Assembly (NCBI RefSeq): GCF_964188315.1 | Contig: NC_135664.1 | Location: forward strand, 2,790,001-2,854,000 | Direction: 5' to 3' | DNA: 64,000 nt | Origin: Podarcis muralis | Taxonomy: Eukaryota | In this document: positions 37,236 to 48,775 of the stretch, piece by piece | Layout: each line of letters begins with the position of its first letter | Numbering within the stretch: position 1 is the stretch's first letter | Notes under the pieces: generated by a model | Databases searched by the model: none | The model's input: the letters and a program-made list of their open reading frames with translations, nothing else | What the model was told of the DNA's origin: nothing | Made by a program: the position numbers and the translations under genes

Positions 37236-39064
37236 CCAGTCCGTGTGAACCAGAGGTGGGCAAACTGTGACCCTTGTCCTAATTTTATGCAGCCCTTGGT
37301 CAATTTCCAGAAGCCCCCAGAAAGGGAGCAGCTGAGACTTCTGGCAGCCCACTGACAGGGAGGGAGAAGTGGGTGGCCAAAGGAGTGAAATAAAAGGGGT
37401 GGCAGAAAGACAGAAACCACTGACTTCAGCCCCCCCCCCAGCTGTAATATGGCCCCTGACAGAGTACCCATGAGGGAATGTGGCCCTTGACACAAAAAAA
37501 GGATGCCCACCACTTGACCAGAAATTTTTAGCCCGATAGACTGGGGGCTCATCCCCATTTACTTTTTGCCCCATGGTTCCTAGGCACACCCCCACGCTTT
37601 AAAACACCGTGTGTGGATGTTGCTTGTTTCTTTTGCCTGGGTGCTTCCCCCATGAAAACCTGCTCTTTAATGCTGAATTAGAGGGAATAGTAAAGAGCAG
37701 CTTTTTGTGGAGAAAGTGCTGGAGCAAAACAAAGAAAAGTGGCGCAAAAGGAAGTCTGGATGAGCCCCAACCCGTGATAAGGCAGCTTTAAGGCACCTGC
37801 TGTGTCTTCTCCTGGAGGGGGCTGGTGCTGACGTGGTAGTTTTCTATATGGCAGAGCCTTACAATGGAAGGCTTACATACACAGTGGGAAGCTGTATGGA
37901 GACCCACCATAGAGCGCTGGGTGTGGGGGGGGGGCAGCAGCTGTGCAGCTGTGGCAGCACATAAACAGGACCATTCATATATCGCCACCCTAAAGAGGTG
38001 GAGCACACAAGCACCACGGTGTCTGTGTGAAGGCATGTGTGTATTCTCGGGATCACTTGTCATGGAGAGTAGTTGCTAATTGTAAGACGTGCCTCCCTTG
38101 GGGGTCACTTTGTTCTTGCAATAAGAAATTTGTTGCCATGTGTCCATTTTAAGCTGACCCTTAGGACCGCAATGTTCTTCTAGTGGTAACGATTGTGTAC
38201 ATTTCAGGAGAAGCAGCTTTTTCAGCCCCACATAACAAGCTGCACCTTCCAAGTCCACTTAACTTAAATGGTCAGATGACATTACCACCTGGCCACGGGT
38301 CTGGTCAGCGATTCAGCAGCTGGCTGAGAAGGACTGCAGGCCTGGGTCCAGGGATTCCCCAGGGGGTGGGCCCAGCAAGCCAGTGGGGAATAAACTGAGG
38401 CGAGCCCAGCACTCCTCAGATTTTTTTCTGATGGATCTCCCTCCCCCCTCCCCTTTTTCATATGCTTTTCTTTCATGCTAAGACCTTGCTATGGACATTG
38501 TTTGCTGCCATATTCGGAGCCAGGCAAGAATTTTTCCACTTGGCAAATTGGCACCAGCCATTTGGCTTTCACCTGCCTCATAGCTATTGCCACAACTTTG
38601 TGAGGTCAGGCATCAGCTAAGCCTTAGTCTTGGCTGGAGGGGAGGTTGTAGCCTCCGCCTGCCCCACCTTGGTTAAGGGTATCCCATTAAAGGGATCCGC
38701 GAGGAGTGGCTTCTGTGCAATGCCCAAACAAGGGCTAGGGCCATAGAACTCCTCCAGTGTAGACCCTCGTGGGGTACCCCTTTTGATGTAAGTCATAGGG
38801 GGGCCCCATGTTGTAGCTTACCCTTAGATATACTCCCTGCAGACGGGCTGGAGTTAATTAAATGTCTTCACCCAATGCCCATGCCAAACTGTTTACATCT
38901 GTATTCAATAAAGTTGTGGCATATTTGAACCCAGAACCTATATTCTGCTATCTCGCATGGTTATTTTCATCACATAGGGAGCAACTGGGTCACAGGGCCT
39001 TGGCACGCAAAAACCTCTGTTTTACACAACCATTAAGATCACAGCAGCATCCGCACCGTCACTT

Positions 39065-39170
39065 GCATTGGATAATTGTTTCCTGATGTTGCTTGACTAC
39101 AACTTCTATCACCCCCTGCCCTGAGCACTGGCCATGATGGGAGCTGGAGTCTAGCAACATTTGGAAGGTC
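39065..39170. mobile_element. Degenerate copy of the hairpin hAT MITE type
   Basis: GATGTTGCTTGACTACAACTTCTATCACC..GGCCATGATGGGAGCTGGAGTCTAGCAACATTTGGAAGG. Confidence 0.5.
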
Positions 39171-40509
39171 AGTGGCAGAGGCACCGTCTTCTCAAGTTGA
39201 TTGAGGGGGCCCAATGCAATGGCTTGGTGTCATGCGTGTGATGTCACAAGGAGCCAGGGGGCAGAACTGAATGCCCTCTGAACATTGAGGGGGCCCAGTC
39301 CCCCTTAAAAAGGGGGGGGGACAAAACTGCCTTGGCCCCTAGGAGTTGGTGCATATGGTGACTGGTGACCCATCCTGCCATTTAGAATTCAGCAGATAAA
39401 ATTCTAGAAATACAATGTCACAGGCAGAAAAAAGGTGAAAATACTTAAGAGTAAGGTGGAAGTATAACAGTACAAAATATCTATGCTGTCTTCTGTTTTC
39501 AGACAGAAAAGCACACACATCCAGCTGTTTCAAGCAGAGTCAACAATTGCTGTGCTCGTGTTTGCTACATATTTCAAGCAATGATTTTCACAGCATATCA
39601 GCTGCAAAACACTTCTATTTACAGTTTTGGAGTACTGCAAGCATGCATGATACACTCAGCTATGTCCTGATATCCACAACTAAGGGTCTGATATCTCTAA
39701 TTAACAGATCAGAGGGGTATAAAGGCTCTCACTAAGAGCAGTAATACAAAGCTCCCCTTTTCTACAGATTATGCAGCTGGGGGTGAGGCGTTCTTTGCTT
39801 TTTCTGAAGGATATAGTGGCAGCCATTTATCTGTGCTCCTTTCCTTCTGAGATACTGTGTCTTGCTTTGTTCTGGTTTACTAAATGCTCAGCCTCAAGCA
39901 ATTTTTTTTAAAAAAAGAAATAAGCAAGTTTTCAATTTCCAACACACTATACTGCTAGAAAGCATTCTTATTAGCATAAAAATCTGGTTTTCTTTCAGAG
40001 ATCCTTCCTCTGAGCACCTCTCGAGTTATCTTTACCACTGGAACCCTTGCTGGACACAATAGACCTAATTAAAGCAAAGCGCAGTAGCCTAACTCTTTGT
40101 TTCTACTGATAATCCCATATCCATACAATGCTTCAGTTTATCGGTGATGCTCAGCCAAGTGAAAAGAAAAATATTCATATGCAAGCGTGGAGTTGCCCAA
40201 TATACTTGCTTCGTTCCTTGAAAGCTTCCAATCAGCAGATGCAATTCATTTCCCTGTGTGCCACTGAACAGTAAACACTTCAGGCAGAGAAGTCCACTGA
40301 AGCTTTGTAGAAAGCAGCAAGCCAAAGAGCAAAGCTGTGCGCAGGCAGGAATTTGAGGAAACAGCACAACCTAGTGTTCCTTTTGCTGCGGTCTGGCACA
40401 AAAGCGAAAGCAAAGCAAAGATGCAAACTAATGCTTAAACTACCATTCCACACCCCAAGATCCTTTCGCAGGAAAGTGTGGGGTATAATTCTAACAACAA
40501 CAACAACAA

Positions 40510-40550
40510 CTAGATGACCCTTGGGGGTCTCTTCCAACTCTATGATTCTA
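40510..40550 (+). mobile_element. Very short CR1 3' tail preceded by (AAC)n
   Basis: CTAGATGACCCTTGGGGGTCTCTTCCAACTCTATGATTCTA. Confidence 0.7.
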
Positions 40551-41421
40551 GGAACAGTTAACAATGGCTACATGTCAAATAAGATGTTAAAGTGCTTATG
40601 CGCTCTACCAATATTAAGTGCCTGAACCAAAGCAAAACAAGGTTTCAAGCCTTTTTTTAAAAAACAACAACCACCACACGCTCTCTCTCTTGCTTGCATC
40701 TCTTCCATGAGCCCCATCGACACCAGACGACCAGGCATAAGCCTGTTCCCCCCTCTTCTGTAGACCAGAAGTGGTAGTGAGCTATGGAGCCCAAGGGGGA
40801 GCTGCCCAGGAGCTGAGGCTTCAGCCGTCCTGCTCTTTTACTTAACTTTGAAAACTTTCCCATGAATAATGCAACCAGCGTGGCAGGGAGTTCAGCTATG
40901 GCACTCAGATGCCAATGAGGGTGCTGAAGTAGCAATGGAATGGATTGTGAACCCCCCCCCAAAAAAACCAGGTCATCTCCTTACTGTTCTGGCATCCTCA
41001 TTGACCCTGTGAATCCAAAAGTGGCGCCTCAATGGCTGAGCTCACTGCCAGTCCTGTGGTGTTCTCTTTGGGGAAAGTTTTCAGAGTTAAAGCACAGCAG
41101 TAACAGCAAGTGGTTGTAGCTTTCGTGCCAGCAAGAACCCTGGCCTGCCTGAGCCACCTAAGCAGCTAGATTTGGAAGTGCAGTGAGTGGAGCATACTCC
41201 GCAACAGGATCCCCAAGGATGTGATCTACAGAGAGGAGCTTCAGTCTCCGTCAGTCAACTGCAGTACCTGGAGACAGGAGGTCAGGTCATGCATCCACAG
41301 CAGTGACCAGAGGAGAAATGACTGCTGGGAGGAACCGAGAGAGAATAAATGCCATTTATTCCTGCATCAGTGAAACCGGACGCCTTTATCTGCCCCAGAT
41401 GCAACAAAACATGTCTCTCCT

Positions 41422-41471
<50 letters not shown>

Positions 41472-41555
41472 TTATTATTTATACCCCGCCCATCTGGCTG
41501 GGCCTCCCCAGCCACTCTGGGCGGCTTCCATAAAAACCACAAATACAGTAAAATA

Positions 41556-43397
41556 TCACACATTAAAAACTTCCCTGAACAGGGCTGCCTTCAGATGTCT
41601 TCTGAATGTCAGGTAGTTGTTTATCGCTTTGACATCTGCTGGAAGGGCGTTCCACAGGGCGGGCGCCACTACCGAGAAGGCCCTCTGCCTGGTTCCCTGT
41701 AGCTTTGCTTCTCGCAATGAGGGAACCGCCAGAAGGCCCTCGGCGCTGGACCTCAGCATCCGGGCAGAATGATGGGGGTGGAGACGCTCCTTCAGGTATA
41801 CAGGACCGAGGCCGTTTAGGACTTTAAAGGTCAGCACCAACACTTTGAATTGTGCTCGGAAACGTACTGGGAGCCAATGTAGGTCTTTCAAGACCGGTGT
41901 TATGTGGTCTCGGCAGCCGCCCCCAGTCACCAGTCTAGCTGCCGCATTCTCGATTAGTTGTAGTTTCCGAGTCACCTTCAAAGGTAGCCCCACGTAGAGT
42001 GCATTGCAGTAGTCCAAGCGGGAGATAACCAGAGCATGTACCACTCTGGTGAGACAGTCCGCAGGCAGATAGGGTCTCAGCCTACGTACCAGATGGAGCT
42101 GGTAAACAGCTGCCCTGGACACAGATTTGACCTGTGCCTCCATGGACAGCTGTGAGTCCAGAATGACTCCCAGGCTGCGCACCTGGTCCTTCAGGGGCAC
42201 AGTTACCCCATTCAGGACCAGGGAATCCTCCACACCTGCCCGCGTCCTGTCCCCCAAAAACAGTACTTCTGTCTTGTCAGGATTCAACCTCAATCTGTTA
42301 GCCGCCATCCAACCTCCAACCGCCTCCAGGCACTCACACAGGACCTTCACTGCCTTCACTGGTTCTGATTTAAAAGAGAGGTAGAGCTGGGTATCATCTG
42401 CATACTGATGAACACCCAGCCCAAATCCCCTGATGATCTCTCCCAGCGGCTTCATGTAGATGTTGAAAAGCATGGGGGAGAGGACCGAACCCTGAGGCAC
42501 CCCACAAGTGAGGGCCCAGGGGTCTGAACACTCATCCCCTCCCACCACTTTCTGAACCCGGCCCAGGAGGAAGGAGCGGAACCACTGTATGACAGTGCCC
42601 CCAGCTCCCAGCCCCTGAAGACGGTCCAGAAGGATGTTATGGTCGATGGTATCAAACGCCGCTGAGAGATCCAGCAGAACTAGGAAACAGCTCTCACCTT
42701 TGTCCCTAGCCCGCCGGAGATCATCAACCAGTGCGACCAAGGCAGTTTCAGTCCCATGATGAGGCCTGAATCCCGACTGGAAGGGATCCAAATGGTCCGC
42801 TTCTTCCAGGCGTGCCTGGAGTTGTTCGGCAACCGCTCGCTCAATCACCTTGCCCAAGAATGGAAGATTTGAGACTGGGCGATAGTTGGCCATCGTGGCC
42901 GCATCTAAAGATGGTTTTTTAAGAAGCGGTTTAATAACCGCCTCTTTCAGCGGGTCTGGGAAGGCTCCCTCACGGAGGGAAGCATTCACCACCCCACGAA
43001 GCCCATCGCCCAGCCCTTCCCGGCTAGCTTTTATAAGCCAGGATGGGCAAGGATCCAGGAGACAGGTGGTTGGTTTCCCTCGTCCAAGCAGCCTGTCCAC
43101 ATCCTCGGAGGTAACAGATTGGAATTGATCCCACTCAACTTGACTAGACAGAACTCTAGCACTCTCCCGCCCCGGCCCTGCTCCCACGGTGGAGTCTACT
43201 TCTTCCCGAATCTGAGCGATTTTATCTGCAAAAAACTTTGCAAAATCATTGCAGGAGAACATGTGGCCCGTACTGGGCCCCGATGTTGCAGGTGGTTCCG
43301 CTAAATTGTGAACCACCTGAAAAAGTCTCCTGCTGCTGTTTTCTGCAGATGCAATAGAGGCGGTGAAGAAATTCTTCTTCGCCGTCGCTATCGCCAC
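41556..43397 (-). CDS. L2 ORF2 reverse transcriptase portion, uninterrupted 613 aa
   Basis: [49 protein letters not shown]; cut off from the upstream ORF2 by a frameshift near 43405, so expression is doubtful. Confidence 0.85.
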   Translation of the reverse strand: MAIATAKKNFFTASIASAENSSRRLFQVVHNLAEPPATSGPSTGHMFSCNDFAKFFADKIAQIREEVDSTVGAGPGRESARVLSSQVEWDQFQSVTSEDVDRLLGRGKPTTCLLDPCPSWLIKASREGLGDGLRGVVNASLREGAFPDPLKEAVIKPLLKKPSLDAATMANYRPVSNLPFLGKVIERAVAEQLQARLEEADHLDPFQSGFRPHHGTETALVALVDDLRRARDKGESCFLVLLDLSAAFDTIDHNILLDRLQGLGAGGTVIQWFRSFLLGRVQKVVGGDECSDPWALTCGVPQGSVLSPMLFNIYMKPLGEIIRGFGLGVHQYADDTQLYLSFKSEPVKAVKVLCECLEAVGGWMAANRLRLNPDKTEVLFLGDRTRAGVEDSLVLNGVTVPLKDQVRSLGVILDSQLSMEAQVKSVSRAAVYQLHLVRRLRPYLPADCLTRVVHALVISRLDYCNALYVGLPLKVTRKLQLIENAAARLVTGGGCRDHITPVLKDLHWLPVRFRAQFKVLVLTFKVLNGLGPVYLKERLHPHHSARMLRSSAEGLLAVPSLREAKLQGTRQRAFSVVAPALWNALPADVKAINNYLTFRRHLKAALFREVFNV

Positions 43398-43599
43398 TTG
43401 GTAGGCTCGACGTTGACCTGTGTCCGGTCAGATTCGGAATGAGTTATCCGCCACCGGCGCTCTAGCCGTCTCAACGATTGTTTCATTGCCCTCAGCTCCG
43501 TGGAAAACCACGGGGCTGTCCGGGCTCCATGCAATCGGAGAGGGCGCTTCGGAGCCAAACAGTCAATAGCCCTGATTAACTCCACATTCCAGCGGGCCA

Positions 43600-43830
43600 C
43601 TTCCTAAAAATCACTGCAACCCCCCTTCCCCGCCCACATGACCTGGGTTGCTGTGCGTAAGAGAAACCTGGTGGACAAGCAGCGGCAAGGACAGGCCCAT
43701 CTGCTTCATCCAACCAAGTCTCTGTTACACATGCCAGGTCAAGTCCTCCATCCATGATCAAGTCATGGATGGCAGTGGTCTTATGAATCATTGACCTGGC
43801 ATTGCACAGCAGCACCTTCAGGTCATGTGG
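43600..43830 (-). pseudogene. N-terminal fragment of the L2 APE endonuclease
   Basis: LKVLLCNARSM, LACVTETWL, GRGVAVIFRK, then an abrupt jump to the post-EN linker (RWNVELIRAIDCLAPKR..APWF). Confidence 0.85.
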
Positions 43831-44290
43831 GTATCCCTTGCTGATTTAGTATCCATCCGGTCAGAACCAGACCCGGAGGCAGGAATAGTCCTCAGACAAC
43901 GACTAAACCTGCCCCCTCTGTAATGACATGGTCTAGTCTTAGCGTAACTCCTCCTCCTACCCGTGATCACTGAGATCGGTTGTCCCAGTGCATCCCCCCC
44001 TGTGGAACATGCCCCAGCCATTTTGTGGGCTGGGGCCCACTCCCCGGCAGCCCTGACCCCTCCCCCTAAGAACAAAATAAGACCTTAAATAAACAAACAA
44101 AACCAATAAAACAATACAAACAAAAAAATGTAACAATTACAAAAACACCAAAATAAAAAATAATTCCCCAAGCCCAACCAAACATCCATCCCACCCCCAC
44201 CCCCCACATACAAAAAATCCAAAAGAAAGTTTTTTTAAAAAACATTTTAAAAACACTCTGTGCCCCTCCGGCAGTAGCAACTGTCCTAGT

Positions 44291-44614
44291 GAGGCCTGTC
44301 AGGCCCCGCCCTGGGCCAGGTGGTAAGTGGCAGGAAGGAGCAGGGCCCTGAGGCACTCACTCAGGGGAGTCTTCCTGGGCAGCGCCAGCAAGCAGCACGC
44401 AGTCCTTATGAGGCTTCAGGCCCCGCCCCAGGCCAGATGGTAAGTGGCAGAAAGGAGCAGGGCCCTCAGGCACTCACTCAGGGGAGTCCTCCTGGGCAGC
44501 AGGCAGCAAGCAGCACCACGCAGTCCTTATGAGGCTTCAGGCCCCGCCCCAGGCCAGATGATAGGTGGCAAGAGCAGGGCCCTCAAGCACTCACTCAGGG
44601 GAGTCCTCCTGGGC
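44291..44614 (-). repeat. ~120-bp GC-rich tandem repeat (about 2.7 units) forming the L2 5' end
   Basis: Units start at 44291, 44410 and 44531 (GAGGC..CAGGCCCCGCCC..GGCCAG..CAGGGCCCT..GCACTCACTCAGGGGAGTC). Confidence 0.9.
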
Positions 44615-45300
44615 CTCCCCTGTATCGGCCTCTATAGCCAAAGCAGGTGCTGTAACTCTCCAAAGGTTTGCCTTCACCCCCAAAGGCACACTCCTCCACT
44701 GTCTCCTGAAACAGACAGATGCCAACAACAGAGTTCTCTTTAAGAGTTGGCAGTTGTTATGAAGTAGGCGTCATATACCAAGAATGAAGAAAGAGACACA
44801 AAATAGTAGCTCCCAACCCCATTAGTAGTGCCCTCAGCCAGGAATTTAGCTAGATCTACATTGCGAAAGTACCTTACTGAGAAAATGATTTTTATGTGTG
44901 ATGTATTTGTATAAATCCAGCATTCCTCTACACTAGTTCTTCCTGTTATACAAAAGCATAATTTTTTAAATATCAACTCAATGGGTGTTTTAGATTCCAG
45001 TATTAAGCACATGATGTTTCTTTGCCTGTCCAGATCTTTTTATTGCAAGAGTGCCATGAGCAATCCAGAGGTGTGGCCTTAATGTGTCACAGCAACATAC
45101 ATTGCTGATCTGATCAAATATTTTAAAAACATTCCTAACTAAAAGCATGTGTATAAAACCCCCACAGATTTTGGAAGGGAAAAAAGGTGTTCCAAAAGCT
45201 GTTCATAGCATCAAGACCACAGGAAGGGGAAGATAAATCATATCGTTACACTCATCCTACTTCTTTGAACAGTGAGGCGTACCAGGGGTGCAGCACTTAC

Positions 45301-45365
45301 CCAGGTTTGATTTCCTTTCTGAGAAGGTTCTTGGAGGTTTGTGGTGCTTTGAGTTCAGATACAAG
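45301..45365 (-). CDS. Possible 65-nt exon
   Basis: Acceptor GCTTCCACCTCTGTTCAG|, donor TGG|GTAAGT; two open frames. Confidence 0.22.
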
Positions 45366-46039
45366 CTGAACAGAGGTGGAAGCACAGCTTCAGCACTCCC
45401 AACAGCCAGCCAATGTCCTTTGCTCTTACACCAGATCTCTAGAGACAGCCAGGCTGCCTCTTGAAATACTGTCCGCTTGCAGAGCCCCTAAGCTCCCTCT
45501 GCTTCTTAGTCCCACTCAAAAGATTGCCTTCACAAACACCTAGATAATCATGATTTGTTAGCTTGCAAGGTGGAAATAAGGAAATTTGCTTTTGCTCCTT
45601 TCAGAAGGCTTAAGGAAGAGCTCTAACAATGAGTTACCATGGAAACATCATCCAAACATCCCAGACTATTAGCATTTCTTTATCAAGATCCAGTCTCTGG
45701 GTAGAGATTGTCTCAGGGCAACCTCAGGATAGCTGTGTTAACTCACATCTAACAATAATATTTTCTCATATTAGCACTTTCCTATTGCAAAAGTTGAAGA
45801 GATGACAAACATATACTCTGGGGACTTGGGTTCTCAAGATATGGGGGTGCAATTTAAGGGGTGGAATTGACACCTTTGTGGGATAAATTCAGCTTCATAT
45901 AACCAACATGCTCTAATTAATCCATGAAGGGGTTAAGACCATAGAGCAAGCTGTCCCGACAGGCTTAGCTGAGTCACACCTGCTCACCTTGAGAGAAAGA
46001 ACTAACTCTGTTCTTTCACTTCCACCATGTAACCCCTAC

Positions 46040-46127
46040 CATAGAATTATAGAATCATAGGACTGTAGACTTGGAAGAGACCCTGAGGGTCATATAACCC
46101 AACCCCCTGCAATGCAGGAATCTCAGC
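46040..46127 (-). mobile_element. CR1 3'-tail fragment
   Basis: CATAGAATTATAGAATCATAG..TTGGAAGAGACCCTGAGGGTCAT..CAACCCCCTGCAATGCAGGAATCTC. Confidence 0.75.
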
Positions 46128-46329
46128 CGGGTTGCACATGACTAAGCTGGGTGTTCCAAGCTCAGACCATTTGTCTTAAGCAAGTCATGTTTGTGGTTCT
46201 GTACAAATAAATTAGAAACATTTACCCTTTTGGAACCTAAGTTATATTCCTGTCTTTTCTTGCTGCTGTATGGAAAAGCACATGAATCTGACCTTTGAAG
46301 AGTTTGTAAGAAAACCATTTTTAACTTAC

Positions 46330-46347
46330 CAAATGTGTGGCTTCTTT
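46330..46347 (-). CDS. Possible 18-nt microexon (KEATHL or xRSHTFx)
   Basis: Acceptor CCCCACTTCCCTTACCATAG|, donor TTG|GTAAGT, length divisible by 3. Confidence 0.22.
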
Positions 46348-47399
46348 CTATGGTAAGGGAAGTGGGGAACTTTGGAAACAACCTAGAACAGGTTATTTAA
46401 AGGTCAAACAGCCTATATTTCTACGCTTTCTTTACTGCATGTTTTGTGACTTTTACTCTCTGCTGGGGGTCTCTCACCAAAGATTACCGGTACTTGCCGC
46501 AAACCTGAATCTAGGCATCTAGGGAACTCTATCTTTTTATTATACCTGCTTTTTCTTCTTTCCCAAACACTCATTCCAGGATTTCTGCAAGCAGTCATTG
46601 GACAGCTTGGTAGAGTCCATTAGCTTTATCTTCCTTCTGAGTATAACAATAAAACAATGAACAGGGTGGTGATACAATGATTACTGCAATCGACACAAGA
46701 ATGTACCACAAAGGCAACTATCTGTAAACAAACAATAAACATCCATAAAAATGGTGAAAGTCATTTCTTTCCAAAATAGATTTTATCTTGAACAATTGCA
46801 AACGCAGTAATAAAGAGTCCACTTGTGATATACCAGTGGTTCAGAGCTTGGACGCCATTCCAGTAATCAGACGTTTCGTTGCTAAAGAGGTTAGTCATCG
46901 AGCTTTGTAGTAAATAATGCACAAGAGGAGACAGTACGTAAACTGTATATGTATCTGTCCCCATCTACCTGTTTCCATCAGGAGGAGCATAGAAAGAAAA
47001 CAATGTCCTTCAGTTTGTTAAACCTTCTTCTGGCAGCCCTGCAAAGCCTGCCCATCTCAAGAGAGAAACATTCACCTCTCCACCCACCAGGGATGGATCG
47101 ACACTCATCTTTTTAACGTTATTAGAACAATATTAGATATATTGTTCTAAAACATCACAGGGCATACTGGTTTTGGCATTACCTTGTTTTGTCCATCGAA
47201 ATACAATTCCCCTACTGCTGGTTCCTGGTTGCTCTGCAGTGTCCATAACACATTATGAACGTTAAAAGCAGAATGTAATGTGTCCATCCACATTATAAAA
47301 ATCATTCCTTAACCCTTCCTTAACATTATAAACCATAAGTGCAGATCCACCCCAGGTCTCCAGACAACTGAGCTATGCAAATGAATCCCTTGTAAACAT

Positions 47400-48775
47400 A
47401 CAGACAGGGGCAGGTGCATCTGTCATTTTCAGATTTTCATTTTTCCAGTAATCAGTTCTTCACATTTCTGCATCAGTGTGCTGGTCCAGGGGGGAGGTTA
47501 CCATGGGGTGAGGTCCAGGACCTGAGTCGAGGGACGGCAGACAGTCCTCCACGGGCGAAGCGGGGTCCACAGCGAGGAGCCGGGCAAGGACAGGAACTCT
47601 GGGGGAACCGGACTGGGTGCTGGCCGAAACAGCTCTTCAACGACGTTGCTCCCGCAACCTGGGACCGGGCTGACTGGCCTTTATCTTCTCTGAGGCCAGG
47701 GGCGGTCCCAGCCCCCAGGAAACCCGCCTCTCCTGGCCTTAAGGCGAGCACTCCTCCTGGGAGAAACCAGTTCCCTCCGCCTCTCTGCCCTGAGCCTCTG
47801 CAGTTCAGGAGAGGCTGAAGGGTTACTGGACCCAGGGGGAGACTCACCTGTAGGCACTGAGTCCTCAACCACCTCTGGAGCCAGAGTGGATTCACCTGGT
47901 GCCTGCTCCTGAGGATCCGGCACAGGTGCAGGCGCTTCAGAATCAAGGCCCTGCCCCAGTTCAGCCGGCCCTGGAGGCGGGGACTCTTGTGCAGGCTGGG
48001 ATTCCTCCGGTTCAGCCTCTGAATCAGATTCCCAGGCCATCACAATCAGTTTTCGATTATTAAAATCCTCATGTGGATTTCATCAGCATTTTTGTGGAAA
48101 TTACCCATTTTTGTATGCAATCTTGTCTGATACACACATTTTTGCTAGCAATTTCCCCTTAATATAATGAATTTCATGTTTGGTTTTTTTCACTTTCTCA
48201 TAATAAACAGGTAAATTGAATCTTATGCAGGGGTTACATTCTTGGCCATTGTGTGTATAAGCAAAAATATATAAAGCCAGACATCCCCAGAACTGGGCCC
48301 CCTACAAGGGGGAGGGCTGCTTGCCTGGCCTTGGGCTGGAGACGGGGAGGCTCTGGCAGGGTCTTAGAGTCCTCCTACCTCCTTTTCAAAGCCCAGTAAA
48401 CAGTTGCCCAGCTTTGAGCAGGAGGATGCAGGGCTCTAGAACCTTGCCAGAGCCCTTGAACCTCCTTCTCAAAGCCAAGTAAGCCTGCAATGGCAGCTTT
48501 GCACAAGTGGGGATGGATACCTGAATGGTCTCCATTTATTTATTTATTTATTCCCCACCCACCCATGCAAAGCTGCAATCACATAAATTAAGTAAGTATA
48601 AGATGCAAGTTATCTATGCACACATTTTGGGGCACATTATTTGGCTGGAGAACTTTATTGCAATATTCAGAGACGGGTGAATTTTGAAGGATGGCTGTGC
48701 TCAGCCTTGCATATTGTTTGGGGAAATGTGAGTTAGATTAAATGCAAACTGAATCAAACTTTCCCCCAATCCTTA
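47400..48775 (-). mobile_element. Old non-autonomous TIR-type element (interrupted by the solo LTR); related copies at 51036-51300 and 59838-60270
   Basis: Shared terminus TA(A/G)GGAT(G/T)...TTTGATTCAGTTTGCATTT or a close variant in all three copies; the far boundaries are approximate. Confidence 0.4.
47477..48044 (-). mobile_element. Solo LTR (probably Ty3/Gypsy-type), 568 bp
   Basis: Termini TGTGCTGG...CCATCACA; perfect 5-bp TSD ATCAG (47472-76, 48045-49); GC-rich; no clear AATAAA. Confidence 0.8.

Larger units (their letters stand above)
41425..44614 (-). mobile_element. L2-clade LINE, ~3.2 kb, retaining its 5' end, with an internal endonuclease deletion
   Basis: (TTA)n tail at 41425-41470; RT ORF; partial APE; 5' tandem repeats; possible degenerate 10-bp TSD CTCTCCTGTA (41415-24) / CTCCCCTGTA (44615-24). 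Confidence 0.92.

Noticed and set aside
38490-38974. LTR-like segment with AATAAAGTTGTGGC ending in ...TCACA
   Set aside because: No matching TG start with a TSD; could equally be a long LINE 3' UTR.
41282-41702. Poly-Leu and poly-Asn ORFs (also 56350-56689, 61235-61519, 9988-10195)
   Set aside because: Translations of (TTA)n, (TAA)n and (TATTA)n microsatellites.
44291-44614. Regularly spaced repeats considered as a CRISPR-like array
   Set aside because: Units are contiguous with no unique spacers, the context is eukaryotic and there are no cas genes; it is a LINE 5' tandem repeat.
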